Of a stretch of 64,000 bases of DNA, positions 40,089 through 50,269 are shown in pieces. A program made the translations under genes and the position numbers. Source of the DNA: an uncultured Desulfatitalea sp. (GTDB lineage Bacteria; Desulfobacterota; Desulfobacteria; Desulfobacterales; Desulfosarcinaceae); the NCBI GenBank assembly GCA_963668675.2, contig CAXXMB010000002.1, positions 2,304,001 through 2,368,000 on the forward strand, given 5' to 3'. A model generated the notes under the pieces. The model had not been told where the DNA came from. It saw only the letters and a list, made by a program, of their open reading frames with translations, and made no database searches. How positions within the stretch are numbered: the stretch's first letter is position 1; the number at the start of each line of letters is the position of its first letter.

Positions 40089-40973
40089 ATGCAGGTCCGC
40101 AAAGCCGTTTTTCCGGTGGCAGGTTTGGGAACCCGCTTTTTGCCGGCAACCAAGGCGATGCCCAAAGAGATGTTGCCAGTCGTAGATAAGCCGTTGATTC
40201 AGTATGCGGTGGAAGAGGCCCTGTCGGCGGGTATCAGTGAGATCATATTTGTCACCGGTCGCAGCAAACAGGCCATCGAAGACCATTTCGACCACTCCTG
40301 TGAATTGGAGCACACCCTGATGGCGCGTGGCAAGGATTCCCTGCTCAAGGAGATCGCCTTTCTGATCCCCGAATCGGGAACCTTCACCTACACCCGGCAG
40401 AACGAGCCGCTGGGGTTGGGGCACGCCATCTGGTGCGCCCGCAAAATCGTGGGCGACGAACCGTTCGCCGTGCTGCTGGCCGATGACTTGATGAAATCGG
40501 ACAAACCGGTGCTGGGCCAGATGATCGAACAGTTCGACCGCCTGCAGGCGTCCATGGTGTGTGTGGAAGAGGTCGATCCGGCGGCAACGGCCAGCTACGG
40601 CATTCTCGATGCCGACCCTCCTGTAAATCGCATCACAAAAATTCGAGGGTTGGTTGAAAAACCCGATCCAGCCACAGCGCCCTCCAATCTTGCCATTATC
40701 GGCCGCTATATCCTTACACCCGAAATTTTCAATATCCTCGAGCGCAAGGAGACCGGTGCCGGCGGAGAGATTCAGATCACCGACGCCATGGCCCGCCTGC
40801 TCGGGCAGCAGTCGATATACGGATATCGGTACGAAGGCCAGCGGTTCGATTGCGGCACCAAGGTTGGTTTTCAGATGGCCAACCTCTCCTACGCTCTGGA
40901 CAGGAAAGAGATGCGTGATCGGCTGATTCCTTTTTTGCAAAAAACCTTGAACGTGTGTGAGCTCGAAAAGTAG
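40089..40973 (+). CDS. galU: UTP--glucose-1-phosphate uridylyltransferase
   Basis: KAVFPVAGLGTRFLPATKAMPKEMLP, RQ.EPLGLGHA, VEKP, GEIQITDA. Confidence 0.97.
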   Translation: MQVRKAVFPVAGLGTRFLPATKAMPKEMLPVVDKPLIQYAVEEALSAGISEIIFVTGRSKQAIEDHFDHSCELEHTLMARGKDSLLKEIAFLIPESGTFTYTRQNEPLGLGHAIWCARKIVGDEPFAVLLADDLMKSDKPVLGQMIEQFDRLQASMVCVEEVDPAATASYGILDADPPVNRITKIRGLVEKPDPATAPSNLAIIGRYILTPEIFNILERKETGAGGEIQITDAMARLLGQQSIYGYRYEGQRFDCGTKVGFQMANLSYALDRKEMRDRLIPFLQKTLNVCELEK

Positions 40974-41013
40974 ATTGCAGGACCACATTTAGACAACCAT
41001 TCGTTGGATCAGC

Positions 41014-42294
41014 ATGAACAGCAGCGCTACGGCCAAGAACATCGGATTCGTGTCAACCCGTTTCGCAGGCACTGATGGGGTGACCCTCGAGGCGAGCAAG
41101 TGGGCCCAGGTACTCGAACAGACCGGACACCGCTGCTTTTGGCTGGCCGGTGAGCTGGACCGGGACCCGGCGTCGTGCATGCTGGTTCCCGAGGCCCATT
41201 TCAAGCATGAGAAGAATCAGTGGATCAATGAGCGCGTCTTCGGCCACAAAAGCCGCAAATCAAATGTGACCGACACCATTCATGCCCTGAAGACCTTGAT
41301 CAAGGTTGCCCTCGCGGAATTTATCGACCAGTTCAAGCTCGATATGCTCATCGTTGAAAATGCACTGACCATCCCGCTGCATATCCCTTTGGGGGTCGCG
41401 CTCACCGAAATCATTGCCGAACGCCTGATTCCCACCATCGCCCACCACCACGATTTTTATTGGGAACGCACCCGATTCAGCGTCAATGCTGTGGACGACT
41501 TTCTGCGCATGGCTTTTCCGCCCAAACTGAACAGCATTGCCCATGTGGTGATCAATTCCGCTGCCCAGGAGGAGCTGGCCCTTCGCACCGGCATCTCATC
41601 GACCATCATTGCCAATGTGCTCGATTTTGATAACCGCATAGAGGTCGACCCGGACAACGCCACCGCCTTTAAGCGGTCCGTCGGCTTGGAACCGGAAGAC
41701 AAAATGATTCTGCAGCCCACCCGCATCGTGCAGCGCAAAGGCATCGAACACGCCATCGAATTGATCCGGCAGCTCGGTGACCCGAGCTACAAGCTGGTCA
41801 TTTCACACGAAGCCGGTGATGAGGGTTTCGAATATGCCGAATGGCTCAAAAGCCACGCCAGGGAGCACGGTGTCGATTTGCGCCTGGTGAACACACAGAT
41901 GCGTGATCCCATCAATGGGCGGGGCCGCCGGAACGGTCCCTACTCCTTGTGGGATATCTACCCGCATGCGGATTTTATTACCTATCCGAGCCTGTATGAG
42001 GGGTTTGGCAATGCATTTCTCGAGGCGATCTATTTCAGGAAGCCCCTCTTGATCAATCGCTATGCCATATTCGTGCGCGACATCGAACCCAAGGGGTTCG
42101 ATCTGATTGTCATGGATGGGTTTTTAACGGAGAAGAACGTGCAACAGGTGCGACAGGTGCTCGAATCCAACGAGCGACGGGAGCGGATGACGAACCACAA
42201 CTATGCCGTGGCCCAACGCTATTACTCTTATGCCGGCCTGAGGCACTGGCTCAACATGCTGATTTACGGCTTTTTCGGTGTGGAGCAGGACTAA
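41014..42294 (+). CDS. GT4-family glycosyltransferase (MggS-like)
   Basis: TDGVTLEASKW, HHHDFYWER, QPTRIVQRKGIE, YPSLYEGFGNAFLEA. Confidence 0.85.
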   Translation: MNSSATAKNIGFVSTRFAGTDGVTLEASKWAQVLEQTGHRCFWLAGELDRDPASCMLVPEAHFKHEKNQWINERVFGHKSRKSNVTDTIHALKTLIKVALAEFIDQFKLDMLIVENALTIPLHIPLGVALTEIIAERLIPTIAHHHDFYWERTRFSVNAVDDFLRMAFPPKLNSIAHVVINSAAQEELALRTGISSTIIANVLDFDNRIEVDPDNATAFKRSVGLEPEDKMILQPTRIVQRKGIEHAIELIRQLGDPSYKLVISHEAGDEGFEYAEWLKSHAREHGVDLRLVNTQMRDPINGRGRRNGPYSLWDIYPHADFITYPSLYEGFGNAFLEAIYFRKPLLINRYAIFVRDIEPKGFDLIVMDGFLTEKNVQQVRQVLESNERRERMTNHNYAVAQRYYSYAGLRHWLNMLIYGFFGVEQD

Positions 42295-42295
42295 T

Positions 42296-42334
42296 GCCAG
42301 AGGTTAACGCCAAAGGTTAACGCCAGAGGTTAGC
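42296..42334 (+). repeat. 13-bp tandem repeat, three copies
   Basis: GCCAGAGGTTAAC GCCAAAGGTTAAC GCCAGAGGTTAGC. Confidence 0.85.
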
Positions 42335-42538
42335 GATAGACCCGTTTCTAGCCAATTATGTCCGATTCCTCTATTCGTTTCCCGTTTCGATCTCCGTTCG
42401 GCTGGATCACTCACCAGGCTCACCCGCGCCTGACCCCCGAAAGTTGAGTTCTAACCTGTTTGCATTAAATTACCGATATAGTGTTCGTCTGCATTTTTCC
42501 CCAATAACCTTTTGATACATAGATAGACCGGAGCCCCA

Positions 42539-45500
42539 ATGGCATCCAATAGCTACAAGCACATACAGATCAGACAAACTCCTGCCCCGGCCAGTCGCGT
42601 CGTCCGGTTTCGGGGCGACATCGTAAGGTTTGAGCTCCACCTCGAAACGGCCTTAGCCGGTGCCGCCTTTGTTCGGACCAATTTGGGTCAGGCCAGGGTG
42701 ATACGGCGTGAAATCATTCGCAACATAGAACTGAACGAAGCGCCCCAGGGGCGAGACTGGTACGATATCCCCATGATCGAATCCACCGAGGGGCGCTACG
42801 AGGTTGCAATCCCCTTGAACGAGGTGGGGCATTTCGAAGCCAAGTGCCTCTTTATCCCCGAAGGGCAGTGCGAGCCACTATGGCCGTCCGGGCCCAACGC
42901 GGCGATCAATGTGGAACCGGCCGACACGGTCTGCGGCAATATCATCTACAATGCCTTCGTGCGTCAGTTCGGGCCGAATAAAAACCTGGCCCGCAGCGAT
43001 CTGTCGACCGTTGAGGCGTGTATTCGCGACCTGGACAGGGCCCACTACACGGTCATTCCGCCCTCGGGCACCTTTCGCGACCTGATCGCTGAACTCGACT
43101 TTATCATGGGGCATTTGGGGTGTCGCCTGCTTCAGTTGCTGCCGATCCATCCGACACCGACCACCTATGCCCGCATGGGGCGCTATGGCAGCCCTTATGC
43201 GGCCCTGAGCTTCACTGCGGTCGATCCGGCCTTGGCCGTGTTCGATCCGGCCGCCACACCGCTCGAACAGTTTGTCGAGCTGGTCGATGCGGTGCACGCC
43301 CGCCGTGGAAAGGTGATTATCGATATCGCCATCAACCACACCGGCTGGGCGGCCAGCCTGCACGAAACCCACCCCCAGTGGCTGGCGCGCAAAGAGAACG
43401 GCGAGATAGAAAACCCCGGGGCGTGGGGGGTCGTCTGGGCCGATCTGACGGCGTTGGATTACAGCCATAAGGATATGTGGCCCTACATGGCGGACATCTT
43501 TCTTGCCTGGTGCCGCCGGGGCGTGGACGGCTTCCGCTGTGACGCCGGGTACATGATCCCCATGCGGGCCTGGCAGTATATCATCGCCAAGGTGCGCGAC
43601 CAGTTTCCCGACACCCTCTTTCTGCTCGAGGGGCTGGGTGGCAAAATATCGGTCACCCGCGATCTGCTCGACCGGGCCAACTTCAACTGGGCCTACTCGG
43701 AGCTGTTCCAAAACTATGACCGGGGCCAGATCGAGAGGTATCTGCCGGAGGCCATCGAGATCAGTGCCGCCGACGGCATTACCGTGAACTTTGCCGAAAC
43801 CCATGACAACAATCGGCTGGCCGCCACATCGCATACTCACGCGCGCATGCGCACGGCCCTGTGTGCACTGCTGGCGCCCAACGGCGCTTTCGGATTCGCC
43901 AACGGGGTCGAGTGGCTGGCCGAGGAGAAGATCAACGTTCACGAACCGTGTGCCCTGAACTGGGGGGCGGCCGAAAACCAGGTGGCGGCCATTGCCCACC
44001 TGAGCCGTCTGCTCAAGCGTCACCCGGCCTTCGGTCCCGAGGTCCGCTTGACCCTGGTCGAGAAGGGAGAGGGCAACTTCATCGTACTGGTACGCTGCCA
44101 TCTGCCCAGCGGGCGCGGGGTGGTGGTTGCCGCCAATCTGGATGCAGATCAGCCGGTTGCCGCCGAATGGTATGCCGATCAAACCACTTTTATAAAAGCA
44201 GGTGCTGTTGATCTGTTGAGCGGCAAGCCCTTTCCGGTAACCTGCGGCGAAGCGTCGTGCCGGGTCGACCTGGCACCGGACCAGATCGTTTGCCTGGCGG
44301 ACGAAAAAGACGACTGGCTATCAGAAGGAAAAGAGGCGGTCCATGATCTGCCACCGGCAGTGGAACTGCAGTGTCTGCGCGCCAAGGCGTTCGAGATCAT
44401 GGCGGCCTATGGCCGCTCTGCAATTGACGACCCGGATGGGGCAGCGCGATCACTGCAGGCCGATCCGGAATCCTTTTGCCGGCGTGTAAGCGATAAAGGC
44501 GAGATGTCCGAGGTGGTTCGGTGGTCGTTTCCGGTGGACTTGAACCGCCAGGTGATGGTGCCACCGGACCATCTGCTGCTTGTTCAGGCTCCGCATCCGT
44601 TTCGCGTCCGAATTGTGGCGCACGAGCGGGTCCTGGTCCAGGAGGAGAGCCTTGTCGATCTCCACGGCCATGCCTTTGTACTTTTCGCTCCCCTGGCGCG
44701 ACCGATGGAGCACAGCAGTTACGAGTTGCAACTCACCATTTTCGGACCCCAGGGTCCCGTGCATCATCACTCCCCGTTACTCTATTTGACTGAGGGACGC
44801 ACGGTTCGTGTGCGCACTGCCTTCAGCCGCAATGACTGCCATGCGACGCCGCTGATGGTGCTCGGGACCAATGGCCGCGGTGCCATGATGCGGGTGCACG
44901 CCGATTGGCGGCAACTCGACAGTCGTTATGACGCTCTGCTGGCGGCCAACCTCAATCCCGATTTTCCCGAGGATCGCCACAATCTGCTGGCCCGCTGTCG
45001 CGCCTGGGTGGTCTACCAGGGCTACTCCCAGGAGTTGAAGCCGGATAGTCTGGAGCACTTCGGTTTCGATTATCGGGGCGGCGCATGGTGGCGCTATCAG
45101 CTCATCGCCGGACAGGGGGAACACATTGTCATGCAGGTGCGCGCCCTCATGTCATTGAAACAGGCCAATACGGTGGTCCTTCAATTCGAGCGGCTCTATC
45201 GGATCTCGGGAGAGGCCGAGTTGGCCGATGATCAGGCGGTGACCCTGATCGTTCGACCCGATGTCGAGGACCGCAATTTCCATGAATGCACCAAGGCCTT
45301 CAGCGGCCCCGAGGAGAACTGGCCCGGGGCCGTGGCTCCGTTGGAAAGGGGATTCCGTTTTGCCCCCGACCCTGAATACGGCCTGACCATGCAGGTGGAC
45401 CGTGGACGGTTCGAGGCAGAGACGGAGTGGTACTATATGGTGCACCGGCCCATGGAGGCGCTGCGCGGGCTCGATCCTGATTCGGATCTGTTCAGTCCCG

Positions 45501-46837
45501 GCTACTTCTCCTGCGATTTGCAGGGTGGCCAATCCGTCGTCCTGACTGCCGTTGCCGATGCAGGTACCGTACCGGAAGCGGTCGACATTTCCGATCTGAA
45601 TGGGGCCATGCCCGGAGACGATCTGCCGCTTGAAGCGGCCATGATAGCCGCACTGGATCAGTATGTGGTGCGCAGGGGGGATTTCAGGACCGTGATAGCC
45701 GGCTTCCCCTGGTTCCTGGACTGGGGACGCGATACGCTGATCGTGGTGCGCGGTTTGATCAGCGCCGGGCGACTGGAGGAGAGCCGTGCGATACTGTTGC
45801 AATTCGCCGAGTTTGAGGAGAACGGCACCTTGCCCAACATGATCCGGGGCGACGACGCCAGCAATCGGGACACCTCAGATGCCCCGTTGTGGTTTTTCAC
45901 GGCCTGCGCCGATCTGACGATTGCCGAAGGCGGAGACGATTTCTTGAACCAAGTGTGCCGCGGGCGCTCTGTTCGGCAGATCCTGGTGGATATGGCCCGG
46001 GCGCTGATGTCTGGAACGGACAACGGGATCGGTATGGACGCTGCTTCGGGTTTGCTCTTCAGTCCCTCCCACTTTACCTGGATGGACACCAACTATCCGG
46101 CCGGCACGCCGCGGGAGGGATATCCCGTGGAAATCCAGGCGCTCTGGTACGCCGCCCTCGATTTTCTGGCGCGTGTCGACACGGCGGCCAGCGCCTCCTG
46201 GAAGGTGCTGGCCCAACGGGTGCAATGCAGCCTTCACGACCTTTTCTGGCAGGCCGAGGCGGGCTATCTGAGCGACTGTCTGCATGCCGCATCGGGCACC
46301 CCGGCAGCCGAGGCCCGGGCCGATGACACCTTGCGGCCCAACCAGTTGCTGGCCGTAACCCTGGGGGCGCTTAGTGACGCCGACATGACCCGCAGCATCC
46401 TGAGTGCCTGTCAGGCGTTGATCGTCCCGGGTGCCATCAGGAGCCTGGCCGACCAGCCGGTAGAGACACCCCTGGTCGTGGAGAGAGACGGCCAGTTGCT
46501 CAACGACCCCCATGCCCCCTACTGGGGCCGCTATCAGGGGGATGAAGACACCCGCCGCAAACCGGCCTACCACAACGGCACGGCCTGGACCTGGCCGTTT
46601 CCCCTCTATTGTGAAGCGTGGGTTCAATGTCACGGTCGCGTCGGTGTGAACGCCGCCCTGGCCTGGCTGTCGAGCAGCGTGCAGCTTATCAACAGCCATT
46701 GCGTGGGCCAGGTTCCCGAGATTGTGGAGGGTGACACCCCCCATGCTCAGCGCGGGTGCGACGCCCAGGCCTGGGGGGTCAGCGAACTTCTGCGGGTCTG
46801 GAAAAAGGTGATCGCCATCATGGATGGAGAGCGGTAG
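42539..46837 (+). CDS. Bifunctional glycogen debranching enzyme (GH13 domain fused to GH133 amylo-alpha-1,6-glucosidase)
   Basis: GH13 regions DIAINH, GFRCDAG, LLEG, ETHD. GH133 motifs IAGFPWFLDWGRDT, TWMD, VEIQALWY, LRPNQ, YHNGTAW, AQAWGVSE. 1432 aa. Confidence 0.9.
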   Translation: MASNSYKHIQIRQTPAPASRVVRFRGDIVRFELHLETALAGAAFVRTNLGQARVIRREIIRNIELNEAPQGRDWYDIPMIESTEGRYEVAIPLNEVGHFEAKCLFIPEGQCEPLWPSGPNAAINVEPADTVCGNIIYNAFVRQFGPNKNLARSDLSTVEACIRDLDRAHYTVIPPSGTFRDLIAELDFIMGHLGCRLLQLLPIHPTPTTYARMGRYGSPYAALSFTAVDPALAVFDPAATPLEQFVELVDAVHARRGKVIIDIAINHTGWAASLHETHPQWLARKENGEIENPGAWGVVWADLTALDYSHKDMWPYMADIFLAWCRRGVDGFRCDAGYMIPMRAWQYIIAKVRDQFPDTLFLLEGLGGKISVTRDLLDRANFNWAYSELFQNYDRGQIERYLPEAIEISAADGITVNFAETHDNNRLAATSHTHARMRTALCALLAPNGAFGFANGVEWLAEEKINVHEPCALNWGAAENQVAAIAHLSRLLKRHPAFGPEVRLTLVEKGEGNFIVLVRCHLPSGRGVVVAANLDADQPVAAEWYADQTTFIKAGAVDLLSGKPFPVTCGEASCRVDLAPDQIVCLADEKDDWLSEGKEAVHDLPPAVELQCLRAKAFEIMAAYGRSAIDDPDGAARSLQADPESFCRRVSDKGEMSEVVRWSFPVDLNRQVMVPPDHLLLVQAPHPFRVRIVAHERVLVQEESLVDLHGHAFVLFAPLARPMEHSSYELQLTIFGPQGPVHHHSPLLYLTEGRTVRVRTAFSRNDCHATPLMVLGTNGRGAMMRVHADWRQLDSRYDALLAANLNPDFPEDRHNLLARCRAWVVYQGYSQELKPDSLEHFGFDYRGGAWWRYQLIAGQGEHIVMQVRALMSLKQANTVVLQFERLYRISGEAELADDQAVTLIVRPDVEDRNFHECTKAFSGPEENWPGAVAPLERGFRFAPDPEYGLTMQVDRGRFEAETEWYYMVHRPMEALRGLDPDSDLFSPGYFSCDLQGGQSVVLTAVADAGTVPEAVDISDLNGAMPGDDLPLEAAMIAALDQYVVRRGDFRTVIAGFPWFLDWGRDTLIVVRGLISAGRLEESRAILLQFAEFEENGTLPNMIRGDDASNRDTSDAPLWFFTACADLTIAEGGDDFLNQVCRGRSVRQILVDMARALMSGTDNGIGMDAASGLLFSPSHFTWMDTNYPAGTPREGYPVEIQALWYAALDFLARVDTAASASWKVLAQRVQCSLHDLFWQAEAGYLSDCLHAASGTPAAEARADDTLRPNQLLAVTLGALSDADMTRSILSACQALIVPGAIRSLADQPVETPLVVERDGQLLNDPHAPYWGRYQGDEDTRRKPAYHNGTAWTWPFPLYCEAWVQCHGRVGVNAALAWLSSSVQLINSHCVGQVPEIVEGDTPHAQRGCDAQAWGVSELLRVWKKVIAIMDGER

Positions 46838-46870
46838 AAAGACGGAGCATCAGGCGCTATGAGGCAATGG

Positions 46871-46899
46871 TTGACAAACCCAACAGCTCAACGTATTTT
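46871..46899 (+). promoter_or_regulatory. Putative internal sigma70 promoter
   Basis: TTGACA-N17-TATTTT, about 215 bp upstream of the CBM48 gene. Confidence 0.45.
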
Positions 46900-47115
46900 T
46901 GGAAAAAAATTGACCTATAACCACATGCCACTCTTTTCCCCTTGAACTCAGGGCCATATATTTTTACTCGGCGCAGCCTTCGTTCGACACTATCGATTCG
47001 TATATTTCAACCTGCATATGGCTCTCTTATCGCCGCAAGGTATGTCACTGTCCAAAGCAGATATTCAGCATTTGGATGGAACCAATCATCACCCTTTGTC
47101 GGGCAGGAGGCACCA

Positions 47116-47424
47116 ATGAGCATCAAGAAGCAGTATCTCAAAAGCAAACCCTATTGCAAAGTGACCTTTCGACTGGATAAAAAGAGCGCCGGCAAGGCGA
47201 AAAAGGCAGGCCTAGCGGGGGAGTTCAACAATTGGGAGGCGGAGAAGACTCCGATGAAAGCCCTCAAGAGCGGGGACTTCACCGTAACCGTCAACCTCTC
47301 CACCGGAAAGGAGTATCAATTCCGATATGTGATCGACGGCACCAACTGGATCACCGATGAGAGTGCCGACAAATATGTGCCGGCCGGTTTCTCCAACGCC
47401 GAAAACGCTGTCGTGGTTGTATAG
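47116..47424 (+). CDS. Stand-alone glycogen-binding CBM48 / AMPK-beta-like (isoamylase early set) protein
   Basis: KVTFRL..LAGEFNNW..PM..G.EYQFRYVIDG.NW.D; AGGAGG RBS. Confidence 0.88.
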   Translation: MSIKKQYLKSKPYCKVTFRLDKKSAGKAKKAGLAGEFNNWEAEKTPMKALKSGDFTVTVNLSTGKEYQFRYVIDGTNWITDESADKYVPAGFSNAENAVVVV

Positions 47425-47617
47425 TCGCCTAATCGCCACCTGACCACCATCGGGCCTTTCCGCCTCTTCCCGGAGTGAGAGGCTGCATAGGAACCGTATG
47501 CGAAACCCTTAAACTGCTTCGATGCTTAATGGCCGTGGACAATCGGATCTGCCATGATTAAATTATGTGTTTGTGTCTGCCCAGCGCTATGTGAACTTAT
47601 CTCCCAGGAGTCGTAAT

Positions 47618-50167
47618 ATGAAACACATTCAAGCCTTTCAGGTTTTTCCAAAGTTGCCCAGTTCCCTCAGTTTTCTCGGTGTGCTTTCGCGCAACCTGTG
47701 GTGGTCGTGGAAGCCGGACGCCATAGAGCTCTTCCGGCGGGTGGACCCCAGATTGTGGGACGCGTCCGGCCGCAACCCGATTGTTTTCGCTACCAAAGTC
47801 TCCCAGGATCGACTGAAGAAACTCTCCATGGATGACAGCTTTCTGGCGCATCTCGACCGGGTGCGGCAGCAGTTCAAGGAGCGTGTACTGGCATCGCCGG
47901 ATGTGGAAGGCAACCCATACGGGAGCAAGGCCCGCATTGCCTATTTTTCCATGGAGTTCGGCATTCACGAAAGCTTGCCGCTGTTTGCCGGCGGTTTGGG
48001 GGTGTTGGCCGGCGACCATCTCAAGTCCGCCTCGCACATGGGTCTTCCCATGGTGGCGGTGGGGTTGCTTTATCGGCAGGGCTATTTCAGGCAGCTGCTC
48101 GATCCCAATGGGTGGCAGCAGGAGACCTACCCGGAGACGGATCTCTACACGCTGCCGCTGGTTCGTGTAAAGAACAGCGAGGGCGAAGAGCTGCGCATCC
48201 GTGTGGATGGCCCGGAGGGCGACATCCTGGCCGATGTCTGGAAGATCATGATCGGCCGCATCCCACTGGTGTTGCTCGACACCAATGTGGCGGAGAATCC
48301 GCCGGCCATCCGGAACATCACGGCCAGGCTCTACAACAGCGAACCGGGCATTCGCCTGGCCCAGGAGGTGCTGCTGGGTATCGGCGGCATGCGTGCCCTG
48401 CATGCCATGGGTGTGGAGCCCACCGTATGCCATATGAATGAAGGGCACAGCGCCTTTGCGAATATCGAGCGTCTGGTGCAATGTGTGGAGCGTTTTGGAT
48501 TGGATGTGCCCACGGCGCTGGAAGTGGTGGCGCGCACCTCTGTTTTTACCACCCACACCCCGGTGGCTGCCGGCCATGACGAATTTCCGCCAGAGTTGGT
48601 GCAGCCTTACCTGAATAGCATTTCCCAGCGCCTGGACATCGACGAAGAGGAGGTTTTGGCCTGGGGGCGCACCGGCAATGCCCATCCCCAGGGCCCCTTC
48701 TCCATGTTCATATTGGGATTGCGCCTCTCCGAATATTGCAATGGGGTGAGCCGGCTGCACGGCCGGGTGGCACGGCGCATGTGGTCTCACGTCTGGCCCC
48801 AGCGGTCGGAAGAGGATACACCGATCAAGCATGTGACCAACGGCATCCACGTCTCGAGTTATATCGCGCCTGAAATTGTTCTGCTTTTCGAACGCTACTT
48901 AGGGCCGGAGTGGCACTACAGCAGCCGCAAGAGTGAAAATATCGAGCGCATTGATGAGATCTACGATGAAGAGCTCTGGCGATCCCATGAGATGAGCCGC
49001 GCCCGCCTGATCAGCAAGGTCAGGGACCTGCTGGTGAAGCAGTTCGAGCGTCGCAATGCGCCGATTTCGGTGGTCAAAGCCGCTGAAAACGCTTTGGATC
49101 CCGAAGTGCTGACCATCGGTTTTGCACGCCGTTTCGCTACATACAAGCGCGCCAACCTGATTTTGAGCGATCCGGCGCGGCTCAAGGCCATATTGACCTC
49201 CAAAGAGCGGCCGGTGCAGATCATCTTCGCCGGCAAGGCCCATCCACAGGACAATGAGGGCAAGGAGTTGATCAAAAACATCATCCAGTTTACCCGGGCC
49301 CATGATGTGCGCAACCACATCGCCTTCCTGGAAGACTACGACATGGGCATTGCGCGCCATCTCGTTCAGGGGGTGGACGTGTGGCTCAACACACCGCGGC
49401 GTCCCATGGAGGCGTGCGGCACATCGGGCATGAAAGCTGCTGTCAACGGCGTCCTTAACTTGAGCATACTGGATGGCTGGTGGGATGAGGGCTACACCCC
49501 GGAGAGGGGGTGGAGTCTGGGCAGCGGCCAGGAGACGACTGATCAGGCCTATCAGGATGCCGTCGACCACCAGGCCCTCTACAATATCCTGGAAAACGAC
49601 GTGATACCGACCTTCTACAACCGTTCCAGCGGTAACATGCCTACAGATTGGCTGGCCAAGATGAAGGCCTCGATGAAGATGGCCATGGCCGACTTCTGCA
49701 GCCATCGCATGGTCAACGAATACCAGCAGCGTTTCTACTTGCCGGCGGTGCAGCGTCAGCGCGAACTGCTCGAAGACAATGCCGACGAAGCCAAGCGGTT
49801 GAGCGTGCTGCACAAACGGTTGAAGGATTCCTGGAAGGAGATCCGTATCGACTTTCCCGAACGGGATCACGAAGGCCCGTTCCAGGTGGATGACACCTTC
49901 ACGGTCGATGCCGTGGCCCATCTGGGCGATCTCAGGCCCGAAGAGGTCGATGTGGAGCTCTATTTCGGACGCATGAGAGGCACCGCGGAGATGGAGAAGG
50001 GGTTTACCCAGGTCATGACCATGGTGGAGGATCGCGGTCAGGGCAGCCATCTCTACCGGTGTACGGTGACGTGCCAGGACTCGGGCCGGTACGGATTTAC
50101 CGTACGGATCGTACCGCGTGGAGATGACTGGATCCGTTTCACGCCCGGCCTGATCACTTGGGCCTGA
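47618..50167 (+). CDS. glgP: Alpha-glucan (glycogen) phosphorylase
   Basis: NLWWSW, AYFSMEFG, HMNEGH, FARRFATYKRA, EACGTSGMKA (PLP Lys), LSILDGWW. Confidence 0.97.
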   Translation: MKHIQAFQVFPKLPSSLSFLGVLSRNLWWSWKPDAIELFRRVDPRLWDASGRNPIVFATKVSQDRLKKLSMDDSFLAHLDRVRQQFKERVLASPDVEGNPYGSKARIAYFSMEFGIHESLPLFAGGLGVLAGDHLKSASHMGLPMVAVGLLYRQGYFRQLLDPNGWQQETYPETDLYTLPLVRVKNSEGEELRIRVDGPEGDILADVWKIMIGRIPLVLLDTNVAENPPAIRNITARLYNSEPGIRLAQEVLLGIGGMRALHAMGVEPTVCHMNEGHSAFANIERLVQCVERFGLDVPTALEVVARTSVFTTHTPVAAGHDEFPPELVQPYLNSISQRLDIDEEEVLAWGRTGNAHPQGPFSMFILGLRLSEYCNGVSRLHGRVARRMWSHVWPQRSEEDTPIKHVTNGIHVSSYIAPEIVLLFERYLGPEWHYSSRKSENIERIDEIYDEELWRSHEMSRARLISKVRDLLVKQFERRNAPISVVKAAENALDPEVLTIGFARRFATYKRANLILSDPARLKAILTSKERPVQIIFAGKAHPQDNEGKELIKNIIQFTRAHDVRNHIAFLEDYDMGIARHLVQGVDVWLNTPRRPMEACGTSGMKAAVNGVLNLSILDGWWDEGYTPERGWSLGSGQETTDQAYQDAVDHQALYNILENDVIPTFYNRSSGNMPTDWLAKMKASMKMAMADFCSHRMVNEYQQRFYLPAVQRQRELLEDNADEAKRLSVLHKRLKDSWKEIRIDFPERDHEGPFQVDDTFTVDAVAHLGDLRPEEVDVELYFGRMRGTAEMEKGFTQVMTMVEDRGQGSHLYRCTVTCQDSGRYGFTVRIVPRGDDWIRFTPGLITWA

Positions 50168-50269
50168 CCGCCACTTTACCTTTGACACGGCTTGGCCGCT
50201 TGTGCCACCTTCACGCATCGATTCACCCCAACGCCGGGCTCCGATCCGGCCGAAAGATCGACAATCGAC

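Noticed and set aside
42296..42334. CRISPR array
   Set aside because: The 13-bp repeats are contiguous with no spacers and there are no cas genes.
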